Positions 33,509 through 44,600 of a stretch of DNA of 64,000 bases are shown piece after piece; the first letter of the stretch is position 1, and the number at the start of each line of letters is the position of its first letter. This DNA is from Candidatus Azambacteria bacterium (GTDB taxonomy: Bacteria > Patescibacteriota > Minisyncoccia > GWC2-36-17 > WO2-46-25). A model generated the notes under the pieces. It saw only the letters and a program-made list of their open reading frames with translations, had not been told where the DNA came from and did no database searches. The position numbers were made by a program, and so were the translations under genes. The stretch lies in contig JACRAK010000007.1 of NCBI GenBank assembly GCA_016234725.1, forward strand, positions 2,121 through 66,120, given 5' to 3'.

Positions 33509-36058
33509 TTGCGTATGTCATTTTCTTCCAACGGCGTACAACTGAATGTGTGGAAAAAAAAGAGCTGGCTCTTTTCGTTCGCGGTGCGCGCGGCGGAGCT
33601 CGTGCTTTCCGTCATGTTCATCATCGCGCTCGGAGGCGTTGCGCTTATGCCTCACGACAGCAAGGCGGCGCTCGGTGTTTCCAATATTCTTTCGTATCAG
33701 GGGCGACTCACCGACGCAAGCGGCAATCCGCTCGGCGGCTCGGGCACAAATTACTGCGCCGCCTTTTCCATCTGGGACGCTTCAAGCGGTGGCACAAAAT
33801 TATGGCCGACCGCAACGTCAAGCACCACTATTTTGGTAACAAATGGCGTCTTTAACACGGGCATCGGTTTAGCGGACGATTTGAGCACATACAATTTTTA
33901 TGACAACAACACTACCTATCTGGAGGTTGATGTTGCCTCACAAGTTGGTGGAACGTGCACGGGGGTCAGCTGGGAAGCTCTCGCCCCGCGCCCCCGCATG
34001 GATGCCGCGGCGTATGCGCGTGTCGCGCGCGATGTCTACGGCGACCTTTTGCGCACCGACAATGCGAACGGCAGAGTGCAGGTCGGCACGGCGGGAACAA
34101 ATCCAACCCTACTTCTTCTTGGCACAAAAAATCTTGCCGACAGCACGCTTTCCTATGTCGGTCAGACCTGCACAACGAACGGTACGATGTGGTATAACTC
34201 CGCGACCACTCACTCGCTCCTGTGCGAGAATGGCTTCGTAAAAGCGCTCGCAAACGCCACCACCACTATTGACGCGCTCTTGCCCGCGGGAAACCTTGAT
34301 GTGGCGGCAACGGCGATAACAAACGGCACCATTACGCTTGCAGGGGGCAACAATATCACCTTAAGCCAGAACGGAAACGCGCTAACGATCCGCGCGGGAG
34401 CGGGTATTCCCGGCATTGCGGGTTCCGGCGCATCCACTGTTACCAACGGCACCCTGCAATTTGCCAATGCCAACAACATCAGCTTCGGCTTGAACGGTTC
34501 AACGATGACGGCTTCCTTCAGCCAATCGGCACAAACGCAAAACCTCCACAACATGACGCTTTCGGGGAACACCGCCGGCGTGATGGCGCAGGTATCAAGC
34601 GGCACCATGACGCTCGCGGGTGGGAATAATATCACTTTAAGCCAAAACGGGAATGCAATCACGATATCAGGTGGCGCAGGCGGGGGAGGAGCGGGAATAT
34701 CCGCGGGAACGCAGAGCGTCGCTACAGGCACCGTTATCTTTTCAAATGCCAATAATGTGAGCTTCGGCATGGCGGGAAGCCAGACCATTACAGCAAGCAT
34801 CCCGAGCATTCACAATGTCACTATGGGCGGAAACTCCACCAGCGCGGGCGCGGGATACATTCAGATTTCCTCCGGAACGATGTTGCTCGCGGGGGGTAAT
34901 AACATCACGCTGTCGCAAAATGGGGCATCAATAACGATCTCGGCATTTAATCAGACGGTGCAAACACAAAACCTCCACAACATGACGCTCGCAGGCAACA
35001 CCGCCGGCGTAATGGCGCAGATTTCTTCAGGCACGCTCACGCTCGCAGGAGGCAACAATATCACCTTAAGCCAGAACGGGAATGCAATCACGATATCAGG
35101 CGGCGCAGGCGGGGGAGGAGCGGCAATTTCTGCGGCAGGCAATTCAGTAAGTAACGGCACGGTAATATTTTCCAATGCAAACGGCGTGTCGTTCGGCATG
35201 GCCGGCTCCACGATCACCGCGACCGTCACTCCGGGAGCCGCCGCGGGCATCGCTGCTCTTGGCGCAAATACGCAAACAGCGACCAGCGGCACGATACTAT
35301 TTTCAAACGCAAATGGCGTGAGCTTCGGACTCAACAATCAAACGATCACGGCAAGCGTTGGCGGCGGCGCGGCACCCGTGCTCAACTATTATGACAACAT
35401 GCCATCGGGCGCCACCAACTCCGGCGGTGCGGGCTCTCTTGCTTTCACCGGCTCGCACCGCTCGCTCTTCGTTATGCCGTTTAACGGCTTTTATCATCCG
35501 TTCCCGGGCGACATCACCGCAAACACGGCGCATCTTAACCTCTCCATATCCGGCTCAACCGCCACAATGAGCGCCGTGTTTACCAGCAATTTTTATCTCG
35601 GTATTTATACCCTCAACACAGCTCAAAGTTCGTTAAGCTTGCTCAACTCCGCAAATATTTCTTTCGCGCAAAACCCCGCCGCCACCAACAACTCCACTGC
35701 GTTCGTCGGCCAGCGCTTTCTTTCTATCCACTCCTCGGTATGGTCCTCCCAGCCGGTATTTAAATACGGCAGTCAGTATTGGCTCGGGTATTTCTGGTCA
35801 TCCGCGGGGGCGTTAAACCAAACCGGCGGCCTCCTCGGCTTCTATCGTTATTCCACGGCACAACGATGGGGAACGATCACGCCGGCGGCAAGCAACACCG
35901 CGACCTCCATGGGCTGGGCGCCGTTTTACGGCATTTATACTGCGACAACCGCCGCACTTCCTACTGCTATAAACCGCACAGAACTAAACAAAGTAAACGC
36001 AAATGCCGGCTTTACCCCGCATGTCATTTTCAACGCCTCCGCGCAATCGGCGTTCTAA
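33509..36058 (+). CDS. large secreted/anchored repeat protein (849 aa) with ~4 tandem ~145-aa repeats (GTMTLAGGNNITLSQNGNAITISGGAGGGGAGIS...VIFSNANNVSFGMAGS), adhesin-like, probably parallel beta-helix
   Basis: N-terminal TM VLSVMFIIALGGVALMP; near-identical internal repeats visible in the translation. Confidence 0.7.
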   Translation: MRMSFSSNGVQLNVWKKKSWLFSFAVRAAELVLSVMFIIALGGVALMPHDSKAALGVSNILSYQGRLTDASGNPLGGSGTNYCAAFSIWDASSGGTKLWPTATSSTTILVTNGVFNTGIGLADDLSTYNFYDNNTTYLEVDVASQVGGTCTGVSWEALAPRPRMDAAAYARVARDVYGDLLRTDNANGRVQVGTAGTNPTLLLLGTKNLADSTLSYVGQTCTTNGTMWYNSATTHSLLCENGFVKALANATTTIDALLPAGNLDVAATAITNGTITLAGGNNITLSQNGNALTIRAGAGIPGIAGSGASTVTNGTLQFANANNISFGLNGSTMTASFSQSAQTQNLHNMTLSGNTAGVMAQVSSGTMTLAGGNNITLSQNGNAITISGGAGGGGAGISAGTQSVATGTVIFSNANNVSFGMAGSQTITASIPSIHNVTMGGNSTSAGAGYIQISSGTMLLAGGNNITLSQNGASITISAFNQTVQTQNLHNMTLAGNTAGVMAQISSGTLTLAGGNNITLSQNGNAITISGGAGGGGAAISAAGNSVSNGTVIFSNANGVSFGMAGSTITATVTPGAAAGIAALGANTQTATSGTILFSNANGVSFGLNNQTITASVGGGAAPVLNYYDNMPSGATNSGGAGSLAFTGSHRSLFVMPFNGFYHPFPGDITANTAHLNLSISGSTATMSAVFTSNFYLGIYTLNTAQSSLSLLNSANISFAQNPAATNNSTAFVGQRFLSIHSSVWSSQPVFKYGSQYWLGYFWSSAGALNQTGGLLGFYRYSTAQRWGTITPAASNTATSMGWAPFYGIYTATTAALPTAINRTELNKVNANAGFTPHVIFNASAQSAF

Positions 36059-36070
36059 ACACTCCCGCAT

Positions 36071-36577
36071 ATGTCAAAAAAAACAATACTGATCATCGCT
36101 TCTTTATGCCTCCTTGCCGTTGCGGCAGGTTCGCTATATTATTTTTTCTTGTATCGCCCGAACTGGGAGGTGCAAAAGATCGTGCGGGAAGGAGAATTAG
36201 CGGGGCAAACGGTACAGACCGTCACCGCCGAGCGCAGTTACCGCGACTTCACCTTTTCACCGACAATGAACGGGCTCACCGCGCACATTGCCGACCTGCC
36301 GGCAAACGCCAACATCCTGTCGCTCCATATTCAGATGGAGGATGTTTTTTTCGGTGAGCATGACGCCGTTCCTAATATGCAGATACTGATCCAAAACGAC
36401 GACGGCACAGCATGCACCATAGACATCAACACATTTACGGATGAAATACAGCAACTTACATCAGGAAAAATTTGCGCCATGGACATGCAAAGCACGGTGT
36501 TTCTACGGGACGCTTCCGCTATGCCGGCACTCATTTCCGGATCAATGAAAGTGCTTTTGTCGTATATAGTTTTTTAG
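36071..36577 (+). CDS. hypothetical membrane-anchored protein
   Basis: N-terminal signal anchor KTILIIASLCLLAVAAGSLYYFFL. Confidence 0.5.
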   Translation: MSKKTILIIASLCLLAVAAGSLYYFFLYRPNWEVQKIVREGELAGQTVQTVTAERSYRDFTFSPTMNGLTAHIADLPANANILSLHIQMEDVFFGEHDAVPNMQILIQNDDGTACTIDINTFTDEIQQLTSGKICAMDMQSTVFLRDASAMPALISGSMKVLLSYIVF

Positions 36578-36582
36578 ATCTC

Positions 36583-37299
36583 ATGCAACCACAAATTGTC
36601 ATAGAAAATCTTGCAGGGATACACAATACGCACCCCCAAACGGCGGAGCGCCTTGCGCTCGGCAAAGCATACAAAGACCTTTCTACCATCTGCATCGTGC
36701 CGACGCGCGGGGTCGTCCCCGCGAAAGTAGTGCAATCATGGATGGGAATGATCTCGCCGATGAACCAAAAGTTCACGCGCATTTTCGCCATCGGCATGGA
36801 GGTTGGGGAAGCGTACAGTTCCACCATCGCACAAATTTTAAGCCACCCGGAGCTTTCCCAATGGAAATATATCTTGACGCTTGAAGAAGATAATATGCCG
36901 CCTCAGGACGGTCTTTTAAAGCTCTATGAGAACATCGACAAATACGCCGCGGTCGGCGCGCTATACTGGACCAAAGGCGAAGGTGGCCAGCCGATGATCT
37001 ACGGCGAAGGAAAAGACAACGATATCCATTTCCGCCCCCAGCAGCCGACGCAAGATATCCAGGAATGCGACGGGCTCGGCATGGGGTTAACGCTATTTCA
37101 ACTGGATGTATTCAAGGACCCCCGGCTCTCGTACCCGTGGTTCAAAACACTCAACGACCTCGTACCGGGGCAAGGCGTGCAGATGATGACGCAAGACCTC
37201 TATTTCTTCAAAAACATCCGAGAACTCGGCTACAAGATCGCCTGCGACACACGCGTGAAAGTCGGCCATTATGATGTAAACGCGGACATCGTGTGGTAA
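36583..37299 (+). CDS. hypothetical protein, possibly a GT-A-fold glycosyltransferase; start moved to the Met at 36583
   Basis: TICIVPTRG (resembles the GT2 N-terminal beta-strand) and an acidic LEEDNMPPQDG patch; weak. Confidence 0.35.
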   Translation: MQPQIVIENLAGIHNTHPQTAERLALGKAYKDLSTICIVPTRGVVPAKVVQSWMGMISPMNQKFTRIFAIGMEVGEAYSSTIAQILSHPELSQWKYILTLEEDNMPPQDGLLKLYENIDKYAAVGALYWTKGEGGQPMIYGEGKDNDIHFRPQQPTQDIQECDGLGMGLTLFQLDVFKDPRLSYPWFKTLNDLVPGQGVQMMTQDLYFFKNIRELGYKIACDTRVKVGHYDVNADIVW

Positions 37300-37311
37300 A
37301 ATAGCGCTCGT

Positions 37312-38277
37312 ATGACGATTCATGTGAATATCAAAAAATTGGTCGTGATGGCGTCCGTGCTCGCGCTGGGCGCTTTATTGGGCGTTGGCGCATCGCGCTT
37401 TTTCCTCGCGCCTCCTTCTTCTCCATCCGCCATTACCGCTCCTTCCCCGTATGATCTCATCAATCCGGCGGCAACGGCGGATATCGGCAAGCACTTCATC
37501 ATCAATTTCAGCCCGCTTAAAAAAGAATTCGTCGCTATTCAAAACAAATATACGCAAAAAACCTATGTGTATTTCGTGTATCTCAATAACGCCTCATGGA
37601 TAGGGCTTGGGGAAAAAGATGTTTTTTACGCCGCGAGCACGGTCAAAGTGCCGCTTGCAATGGCCATTTTAAAAGCGGTTGAGGACGGCAAACTACGGCT
37701 CACCGACCGATACACACTTGAAGAGCTTGACCTGAATAAGGACTTCGGCGACCTCTATAAAGCAGGCGCAAACAAAGAGTTTACTGTCGAAGAATTGCTT
37801 GCGATCATGCTCAAGGAATCCGACAATACTGCGGCGGTCGCGCTGACGAGCATCTTTGCGAAAATCGGCGTTGCCGACCCGTTTCGCGCCGTATATGGCG
37901 CCATGGGTTGGGAATTCGACAACATGGAAGGCGTAGCGGATTACCGCGATATTAATTTGAAAACGCTCGCCAACGTGTTCATCGTTTTGTACAACGCCCG
38001 CTATCTGACAGCCGAACATTCGCAATTGATCCTCAAACACCTGTCCGTCACTCCGTTTGATAATAAAATCGCTGCAAGCGCTCCTTCTGACATCACCGTT
38101 GCCCATAAAGTGGGGATAGCTGCCGGCGTAAACACATTCTCCGACTGCGGAATCATTTATGCGCCAAACCGACACTACCTGCTGTGTGCCGGCTCTCAGA
38201 ACGCGGACGAAGCGACCGCCAACACATTTATGTCCGAGATCTCCAAAGCGGCATACAGTTATGTGATCGAACACTAA
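37312..38277 (+). CDS. class A beta-lactamase-like serine hydrolase
   Basis: S-x-x-K (ASTVK), SDN (KESDNTAA), K[TS]G-like HKVGIAAG; N-terminal signal anchor. Confidence 0.7.
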   Translation: MTIHVNIKKLVVMASVLALGALLGVGASRFFLAPPSSPSAITAPSPYDLINPAATADIGKHFIINFSPLKKEFVAIQNKYTQKTYVYFVYLNNASWIGLGEKDVFYAASTVKVPLAMAILKAVEDGKLRLTDRYTLEELDLNKDFGDLYKAGANKEFTVEELLAIMLKESDNTAAVALTSIFAKIGVADPFRAVYGAMGWEFDNMEGVADYRDINLKTLANVFIVLYNARYLTAEHSQLILKHLSVTPFDNKIAASAPSDITVAHKVGIAAGVNTFSDCGIIYAPNRHYLLCAGSQNADEATANTFMSEISKAAYSYVIEH

Positions 38278-38296
38278 CTATCGAAGTCCGACTTCA

Positions 38297-38345
38297 ATAA
38301 TATTTTATGAAACTTGATCTAGGGTGCGGGCAGAATAAACAGCAG
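38297..38345 (+). pseudogene. duplicated, truncated 5' fragment of the downstream SAM methyltransferase gene (MKLDLGCGQNKQQNV*)
   Basis: about 30 nt near-identical to 38899-38930; ends in a stop after 15 codons. Confidence 0.6.
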
Positions 38346-38406
38346 AATGTTTGACAGCCGAACGGTGTTTGCTATAATACAGTCTGTAACATAAAATATT
38401 ACACTT

Positions 38407-38622
38407 ATGCGAACCGTCATCAATATCTCTTTGCCGAAAAAAATGACCGAAGAAGTAGAAAAGGCGGTAAAAAGCGGCGGGTATGCCTCCAAAAGCGAGT
38501 TTTTTCGGGATATGATCCGCAGGTGGAGAGAAGAGCAGCTCTTGGAGGAAATAATGGAAAGCGAAAAAGAATTCGCGGCAGGAAAAGGGAAGGTTCTTCA
38601 TTCCTTGAAAGATCTTCGTTAA
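38407..38622 (+). CDS. type II antitoxin, ParD/RelB-like (RHH)
   Basis: 71 aa; ...SKSEFFRDMIRRW...; immediately upstream of the RelE/ParE toxin. Confidence 0.7.
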   Translation: MRTVINISLPKKMTEEVEKAVKSGGYASKSEFFRDMIRRWREEQLLEEIMESEKEFAAGKGKVLHSLKDLR

Positions 38623-38625
38623 GAC

Positions 38626-38883
38626 ATGAGGATCGAATACTCGCCAAAATTTAGGCGTTGTTTTAAAAAATTTCCACCGAAAATAAAAACGAGGACGGAA
38701 GAAATGATAGCCGTGTTTCTAGACAATCCTTTCGACTCAAAACTGAAAACTCATAAATTATCGGGTCCCCTGCGGAATTATTGGGCGTTTTGGATCGACC
38801 ATCGGCATCGAATTGTTTTTTCGTTTATGGGCGCCGCCACAGTTCGCTTTCATATTGTCGGCGATCATTCCATTTATCAGTAA
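38626..38883 (+). CDS. type II toxin, RelE/ParE/YafQ family
   Basis: 85 aa; KTHKLSGPLRNYWAFWIDHRHRIVFSF...FHIVGDHSIY. Confidence 0.75.
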   Translation: MRIEYSPKFRRCFKKFPPKIKTRTEEMIAVFLDNPFDSKLKTHKLSGPLRNYWAFWIDHRHRIVFSFMGAATVRFHIVGDHSIYQ

Positions 38884-38898
38884 CTTGGCACCGCTTAT

Positions 38899-39408
38899 AT
38901 GAAACTTGATCTTGCATGCGGACAAAATAAACGGGAAGGATTTAAAGGCGTGGACATCGCTTCGGGACCGGGCGTTGATTTTGTGGTGGATCTGGAAAAA
39001 TTCCCGTGGAAAGAATTCGAGGACGGTTCTATCGAAGAAATACACATAAGCCATTACGCGGAACACACGCCGGACCTGATGCAATTCATGAATGAAGTGT
39101 GGCGCATCTGCGAAGACAACGCGAAGATCACGATCATTTCTCCCTACTACACGTCCATCCGCGCATGGCAGGACCCGACGCATAAACGCACCATCTCGGA
39201 AGCGACATGGCTGTATTTCAACAAAGCGTGGCGCGAGGCGAACAAGCTCGCGCACTATCCCATCACCTGTAATTTTGATATCATACAGATGGTGGCGTTC
39301 TTCAATCCGCCATGGGATAAGAAATCGGAAGAAGCGCGCCAATTCGCGCAACAGCATTACTGGAATGCCGTGAGCGATATTCTCATAGAGCTCAAAGCGG
39401 TAAAATAA
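38899..39408 (+). CDS. class I SAM-dependent methyltransferase
   Basis: motif I LDLACGQN; 169 aa. Confidence 0.6.
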   Translation: MKLDLACGQNKREGFKGVDIASGPGVDFVVDLEKFPWKEFEDGSIEEIHISHYAEHTPDLMQFMNEVWRICEDNAKITIISPYYTSIRAWQDPTHKRTISEATWLYFNKAWREANKLAHYPITCNFDIIQMVAFFNPPWDKKSEEARQFAQQHYWNAVSDILIELKAVK

Positions 39409-39418
39409 TTATCCTCAC

Positions 39419-39961
39419 ATGAGGAAAAAACTAACACTTGTCATTGACGCCGTAGTCGTGCTTGCACTCATCGGCGCAGGCATATGGTGGTACGGCACAT
39501 CGCAAAAAACAGGGGGGAGGACGGTAAACATCGTTAAAACACCTACGACGCAGGAAACCGTGTCCGCAGAAAAAACGCCTGAACCGCTCAAAGAAGAATT
39601 CGTCGTGCCGGCAACTATCGCCGCCGCAACCTATGGCGATGAAAAAGTAACGACGGACGAACCGGCAAAGCTTCCCGAAGCAGTAAAATTCCAATCATTC
39701 TCCTATGACCCCGCGCAAGGCAAGGTCATCGCCATCTCGGGCGGGTGCACCGATGCCTATTACGCCGTACTCGTGTTTGACGCAAAGACCGACTATCGCA
39801 AAGACCCCGCCGCGGCGCGCGTAAATCGCGCATCCGAGTGCCCGGCAGACAAACTGTTCCGTACGCAGTTCGACTTTCGTGATTTTAACCTTCCTGCCGG
39901 CTCATACTATTTCTTTGTCGCCGATCAAGGCAACAAAGGAAGCTGGTATAATCCACGGTAA
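39419..39961 (+). CDS. hypothetical secreted/membrane-anchored protein
   Basis: N-terminal TM LTLVIDAVVVLALIGAGIWWY. Confidence 0.5.
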   Translation: MRKKLTLVIDAVVVLALIGAGIWWYGTSQKTGGRTVNIVKTPTTQETVSAEKTPEPLKEEFVVPATIAAATYGDEKVTTDEPAKLPEAVKFQSFSYDPAQGKVIAISGGCTDAYYAVLVFDAKTDYRKDPAAARVNRASECPADKLFRTQFDFRDFNLPAGSYYFFVADQGNKGSWYNPR

Positions 39962-39972
39962 CAACAAACAAC

Positions 39973-39998
39973 GTTTGACTTTTGACATTTAACTTTTC
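39973..39998 (+). promoter_or_regulatory. TTGACA-rich motif (gtttgacttttgacatttaacttttcc), recurs at 30467-30499
   Basis: shared 13-mer tttgacatttaac upstream of two genes. Confidence 0.35.
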
Positions 39999-40004
39999 CA
40001 CCCT

Positions 40005-40439
40005 ATGAACATACCGAAAAAAGCTCTCCTTATCACTTTTGTGATCGTCGCGGCGATCGTCGCTGTTGCGGCGGCGGCACCCAATACGAAACAGCGCGCA
40101 TGGCGCGACGCATTGCCCGCATGGTATGCGGTGCATCTCGCCAGCGGACAGACATATTACGGCCGCCTGCAGGCGATCACCGACACCACGCTCGCACTAA
40201 GCGACGCGCACTATTTTGAAGTATATGAAACAAAAACGGAGAATAAGACCGCAACAAGCACCAATTTTACGGTGACACAGGCACCGCAAACGATATATAA
40301 TCTCGTGCGCCAGGGGAGCGATCAAAACACGGCGACCGATCACACGATCTTTTTTAACCGCGCGGCGGTGCTTTTCTGGGAACGACTTGACCCCGCCGCG
40401 GGCGTGGTAAAAAACATCGTCGAAGCAGCAAAAAAATAA
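40005..40439 (+). CDS. membrane-anchored hypothetical protein; paralog of 61824-62294
   Basis: shared blocks LASGQTYYGRL / LSNGQVYFGAL, AHYFEV / AHYLQV, AVLFWERL / QILFWQNL. Confidence 0.55.
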   Translation: MNIPKKALLITFVIVAAIVAVAAAAPNTKQRAWRDALPAWYAVHLASGQTYYGRLQAITDTTLALSDAHYFEVYETKTENKTATSTNFTVTQAPQTIYNLVRQGSDQNTATDHTIFFNRAAVLFWERLDPAAGVVKNIVEAAKK

Positions 40440-40452
40440 CACGCATTTTTTC

Positions 40453-41679
40453 ATGCGATACACACGGGCGCTATCGCTCTCCATCATTTTTTTTATGCTG
40501 GTCGCCTCGTTTCTTGAAGCGGAGCTTTTTGTTCGTCCCGCGCGCGCGTTCGAATCGTCTTCGGCAGGTTTTGAAATGCACGCTGCCGATATCGGAACCA
40601 TCACCGGCTCGTCCAGCTCCGCGACCTTCGGCGTCCAGCATGCCGGGGGAAACACCGGCAGCGGCATCATCGCAAACGTAAAAAAGGTCTTTTCAAGCAT
40701 CATGCATTGGCTGTTTGATTGGTACGTGCCGCGCTACGACGAAATACACTATCGCTGGCGCAACGATGACGGCTCGGAAGTCGCGGCGACATTCTCCCCT
40801 TATGTGGAAGACGGCATTCTCACCGGACTCGCCAAAACCACCATCAAGCGCCTGCGATTTGAAATTTCAAACGAGGGATGGACACGCGGAAGCGGACCAA
40901 CATTCCAGCTTGAGGTCGCCCAAACCGCCACATGTTCTTCGGGGACCTACGCCGCAGTGCCTGCAACCGCCACCACCGAACATTGGGAAATGGCGGAGAC
41001 GGCCAATCTCACCGATGGCGCGGCGACCACCAATGTGGCGAGCGGACTCACCGATGCGAATGCGTCGTTTACCGCAGGAGAAACAAAGGACACCGGCAAT
41101 CAAACGACCGCGCTCACCGTCACTTCCGAACAATTTACCGAAATAGAATACAGTATCCGCGCTACCACCAATGCGGTTTCGGGCGCAACCTACTGCTTTC
41201 GCCTCACCAACGCCGGATCCACGACGAACTTCGTATACACGCGCTATGCGCGCGCCACCATCGCCGGCTATCCCGCCAATGGCACGCTCGAGTCATCTAC
41301 TTTTGACACCGGTATCACCGACGGCGCGGCATACAATTCGATCCTCTGGACCGGCTTCCTTAACGGAGGGAAAGTTGGATTACAGCTTGCAACCTCAAAT
41401 TGTTCCAACGGCGCAACAAACTATCCCACCTGCTCCACTGGCGTATGGGGAGCAACCGGAAGCGACTATCTGGGACCCGACTGTACCTCGGGAACATACT
41501 ATGAACAATCGCCTGGAGTTCCTGCTGAAATCAGTCTCGCATGTGCCACGCTTCAAAATAAACGATATTTCAGATACAAAGTACGGCTTTGCTCGACAAG
41601 CGACTGCTCGTCATCGGGAACCAACACACCAGAAATCAATGGCACTCAAGGCGGTATTATAATTAATTGGAGTCCATAA
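40453..41679 (+). CDS. secreted hypothetical protein (408 aa), Thr/Ser/Gly-rich
   Basis: signal peptide ALSLSIIFFMLVASFLEA. Confidence 0.55.
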   Translation: MRYTRALSLSIIFFMLVASFLEAELFVRPARAFESSSAGFEMHAADIGTITGSSSSATFGVQHAGGNTGSGIIANVKKVFSSIMHWLFDWYVPRYDEIHYRWRNDDGSEVAATFSPYVEDGILTGLAKTTIKRLRFEISNEGWTRGSGPTFQLEVAQTATCSSGTYAAVPATATTEHWEMAETANLTDGAATTNVASGLTDANASFTAGETKDTGNQTTALTVTSEQFTEIEYSIRATTNAVSGATYCFRLTNAGSTTNFVYTRYARATIAGYPANGTLESSTFDTGITDGAAYNSILWTGFLNGGKVGLQLATSNCSNGATNYPTCSTGVWGATGSDYLGPDCTSGTYYEQSPGVPAEISLACATLQNKRYFRYKVRLCSTSDCSSSGTNTPEINGTQGGIIINWSP

Positions 41680-41682
41680 AAC

Positions 41683-44600
41683 ATGTGTCCGACCCACAGC
41701 AATAAGATGTCAGTTGTAGCTTGGAGAATAATTTGCGTAGCGCTAATCGCGATAATTGTCTTTAATGGACAAAAAGCCAGCGCTGCTTTAATTCCTTTTA
41801 CTGCGGATACCAATATTGCGCAACATAAAATTATCTCTGCGGGAGGATCTCATTCCCTTGCCTTAAAATCAGATGGGACTGTGTGGGGGTGGGGATGGAA
41901 TGGGTTCGGGCAATTGGGAAACGGAACAACAATCAGCCAATCAATCCCTGTGCAGAGTAAGAAATATGACGGAACACATATAAATAACATTGTGGCAATT
42001 TCTGCTGGTTTAGCCCATTCTCTCGCCCTAAAATCAGACGGCACAGTGTGGGCGTGGGGACGCGGTAATTCCGGGCAACTAGGGAATGGAACCCTTATCT
42101 TTTACGATGGGCTAGCAAAACAAGTGCCTGGACTAAACAATATCGCGGCTATTGCCGCGGGTGGCAATTATTCTCTGGCCCTCAAATCAGATGGGACTGT
42201 GTGGGGGTGGGGAGCTAATTACTATGGACAACTAGGGGATGGAACCACTACTCAACAATTAACGCCAATTCAAGTTTATGGACTAACGGGAATCGTTGCC
42301 CTCGCCGCTGGAGACTACCATTCTCTGGCCCTCAAATCAGATGGGACTGTGTGGGGGTGGGGATATAATTTTGTTGGCCAACTTGGCGACGGAACAGCAG
42401 CTACCAGACTTATTCCTGTTCAAGTTAAAGGGCTTGGTGGCACAGGATTCCTGACTGACGTCATCGCTATTACAACTGGTCAAAATCATTCCCTTGCTCT
42501 TAAATCCGACAGAACATTGTGGGGGTGGGGGCGCAACGATTTTGGTCAATTAGGAGATGGGACAACAAATCACAGATACACGCCCATCCAGTCAACATTG
42601 ATAGGCATAACAGTTATATCAGCTAAAACCGACTACTCTTTTGCCCTCAAATCAGATGGGACTGTGTGGGGGTGGGGGCTTAACTTTGGATATTTAGGAA
42701 TTGGAACTAATTCTTATAGAGAAACCCTCCCTGTCCAGGTTATTGGTTTAACCGAAATCACAGCGCTAGCTACCGGATCAGGACATTCTCTGGCCCTCAA
42801 ATCAGATGGGACTGTGTGGGGGTGGGGAGAAAATTCATGGGGACAAATAGGTGACGGAACAGCGGCTACCAGACTTATTCCTGTTCAAGTTTTAATGGAA
42901 GCACCCTTAGATATTATTCCTCCTGATACGGTCATTATCTCAACCATTGATGGGGAAAATAATTCTATAGTAAACAATGGAACGACGACATCAGATTCCA
43001 TCACCCTCACATTCGGTGGTAGTGATAATGTTGGGATAGCTGGCTTTGAGTGCGGCTTTGATAATGGAACTTTTATTTCCTGTGTAAACCCCATTACGCT
43101 TACCAACCTTTCGCGTGACTTTCATATTTTTCAAGTACGCGCAAAAGATACAACTGGCAATATTGACCCGACGCCCCCAACATTTTTATGGAGAATTATG
43201 CTGCCCCAACAATTCTGGTCAGAAATCCAAAATGCCAATAAAGGATTGGGTTTGCGAACGACTCCGGGAACAATAAATAAACCGGCAAATGATATATTAA
43301 AAGTTGTTCCTAATAATTGGGCAATAAAAGTTATTGGCGCAGTTGATGCAAACGGCAATAATGTGGATGTTGACAATTACCGCTGGTATAAAGTTGAAGA
43401 TATGACCGATGGTACAATCGGTTGGATGGAGGTAAAAAATCTTTCGAGTGGAGCCGTGTATCTTGCGTATGATCCAAATTCGCAAGCCGATTTACAAAAT
43501 AAGGCGGCAGTTCAATTATCTACCGCGGAACAAAGAAAGTCGATTGTTCTGGATGCGGTTGATGTTTATTATACGAATCCCAATACAGTAGATTCACTCT
43601 ATGGCGGAGGCGGCGGCAAAGATGGATTAAATAATTTTCAAGGATTTATTAATGGTGCCGCCTTTCCTAAAGAGCTTATTTTATCCATCGCTGCACAGGA
43701 ATCCGGATTAAGCTCCAACAATGAAATATGCTCGGGTGCGAAGGACGGCGGAATAGGAATCATGCAAATCACCTCTCCTGATCTTAAAGGACTGGGAAGC
43801 GGATTAGATAACATTCAGAAAAAATACGATTGCGACGCAAAAACTGGCTGGATCGGTAATTTCAGCAAATATTATTCGAACGCCTTGCAGGGAATATACG
43901 CAAATATCAAAGATGGTTTCCGCGCTCTTCAGGGAAAGTATCGTCAAAAATGTCCGGGGGAAAACGCGATAATCAGCGGCTATACGTTTACCTGCCAGGA
44001 CATTGAGAAAATCCTCACCACGTGGGGATACAATGGATTTGCTAAAGATAAAGCTACGGGGCTTTATACGGGAAATTATCTTAAGTACATCGCCGATAAA
44101 TTGAGGAACCTAAACACATATTTTGCCGGAATTATTTATCCAAATACCGACAACCTCGTTGAAAAATTGGAAGTGGCAAATAACAATAAGCAAGTCATTC
44201 GGCTCTACAGCCCCGCGGTCTTACAGATTGTTGATACTGTGGGAAATATAACCGGGGTAACGGGCGATATCGTGCATGAGGATATTACCAACTCTTTATA
44301 TGAAAAAGATGCCGAGGGAGCAGTGATTTTTTTCCCACATAACAGGTATCGCTACCGCGTCATCGGCACCGCAACCGGAACATATGGTTTTACTGTAGAT
44401 TTTACAAAAAACGGAATACTTAAAACATTCAGAGCAACAGGCATCCCCATCACGACCGGTGAGATTCACGAATACTTAATCGACTGGGACGCGCTTGATC
44501 GCGGGGAACGGGGAGTAACAGTGAGCATAGATTATAACGGAGACGGGATTACTGATCAAATAATCATTTCTGATAGCGTGCTTACTGATATAGAACCTCC

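Noticed and set aside
33509-36058. Possible CRISPR-like regularly spaced repeats
   Set aside because: The periodicity is protein-coding (about 145-aa tandem domains in one ORF); there are no short direct repeats with unique spacers anywhere in the window
36472-36582. Track start codon for the GT-like gene, overlapping the preceding ORF by 106 nt
   Set aside because: The internal ATG at 36583 removes the overlap and follows the previous stop directly
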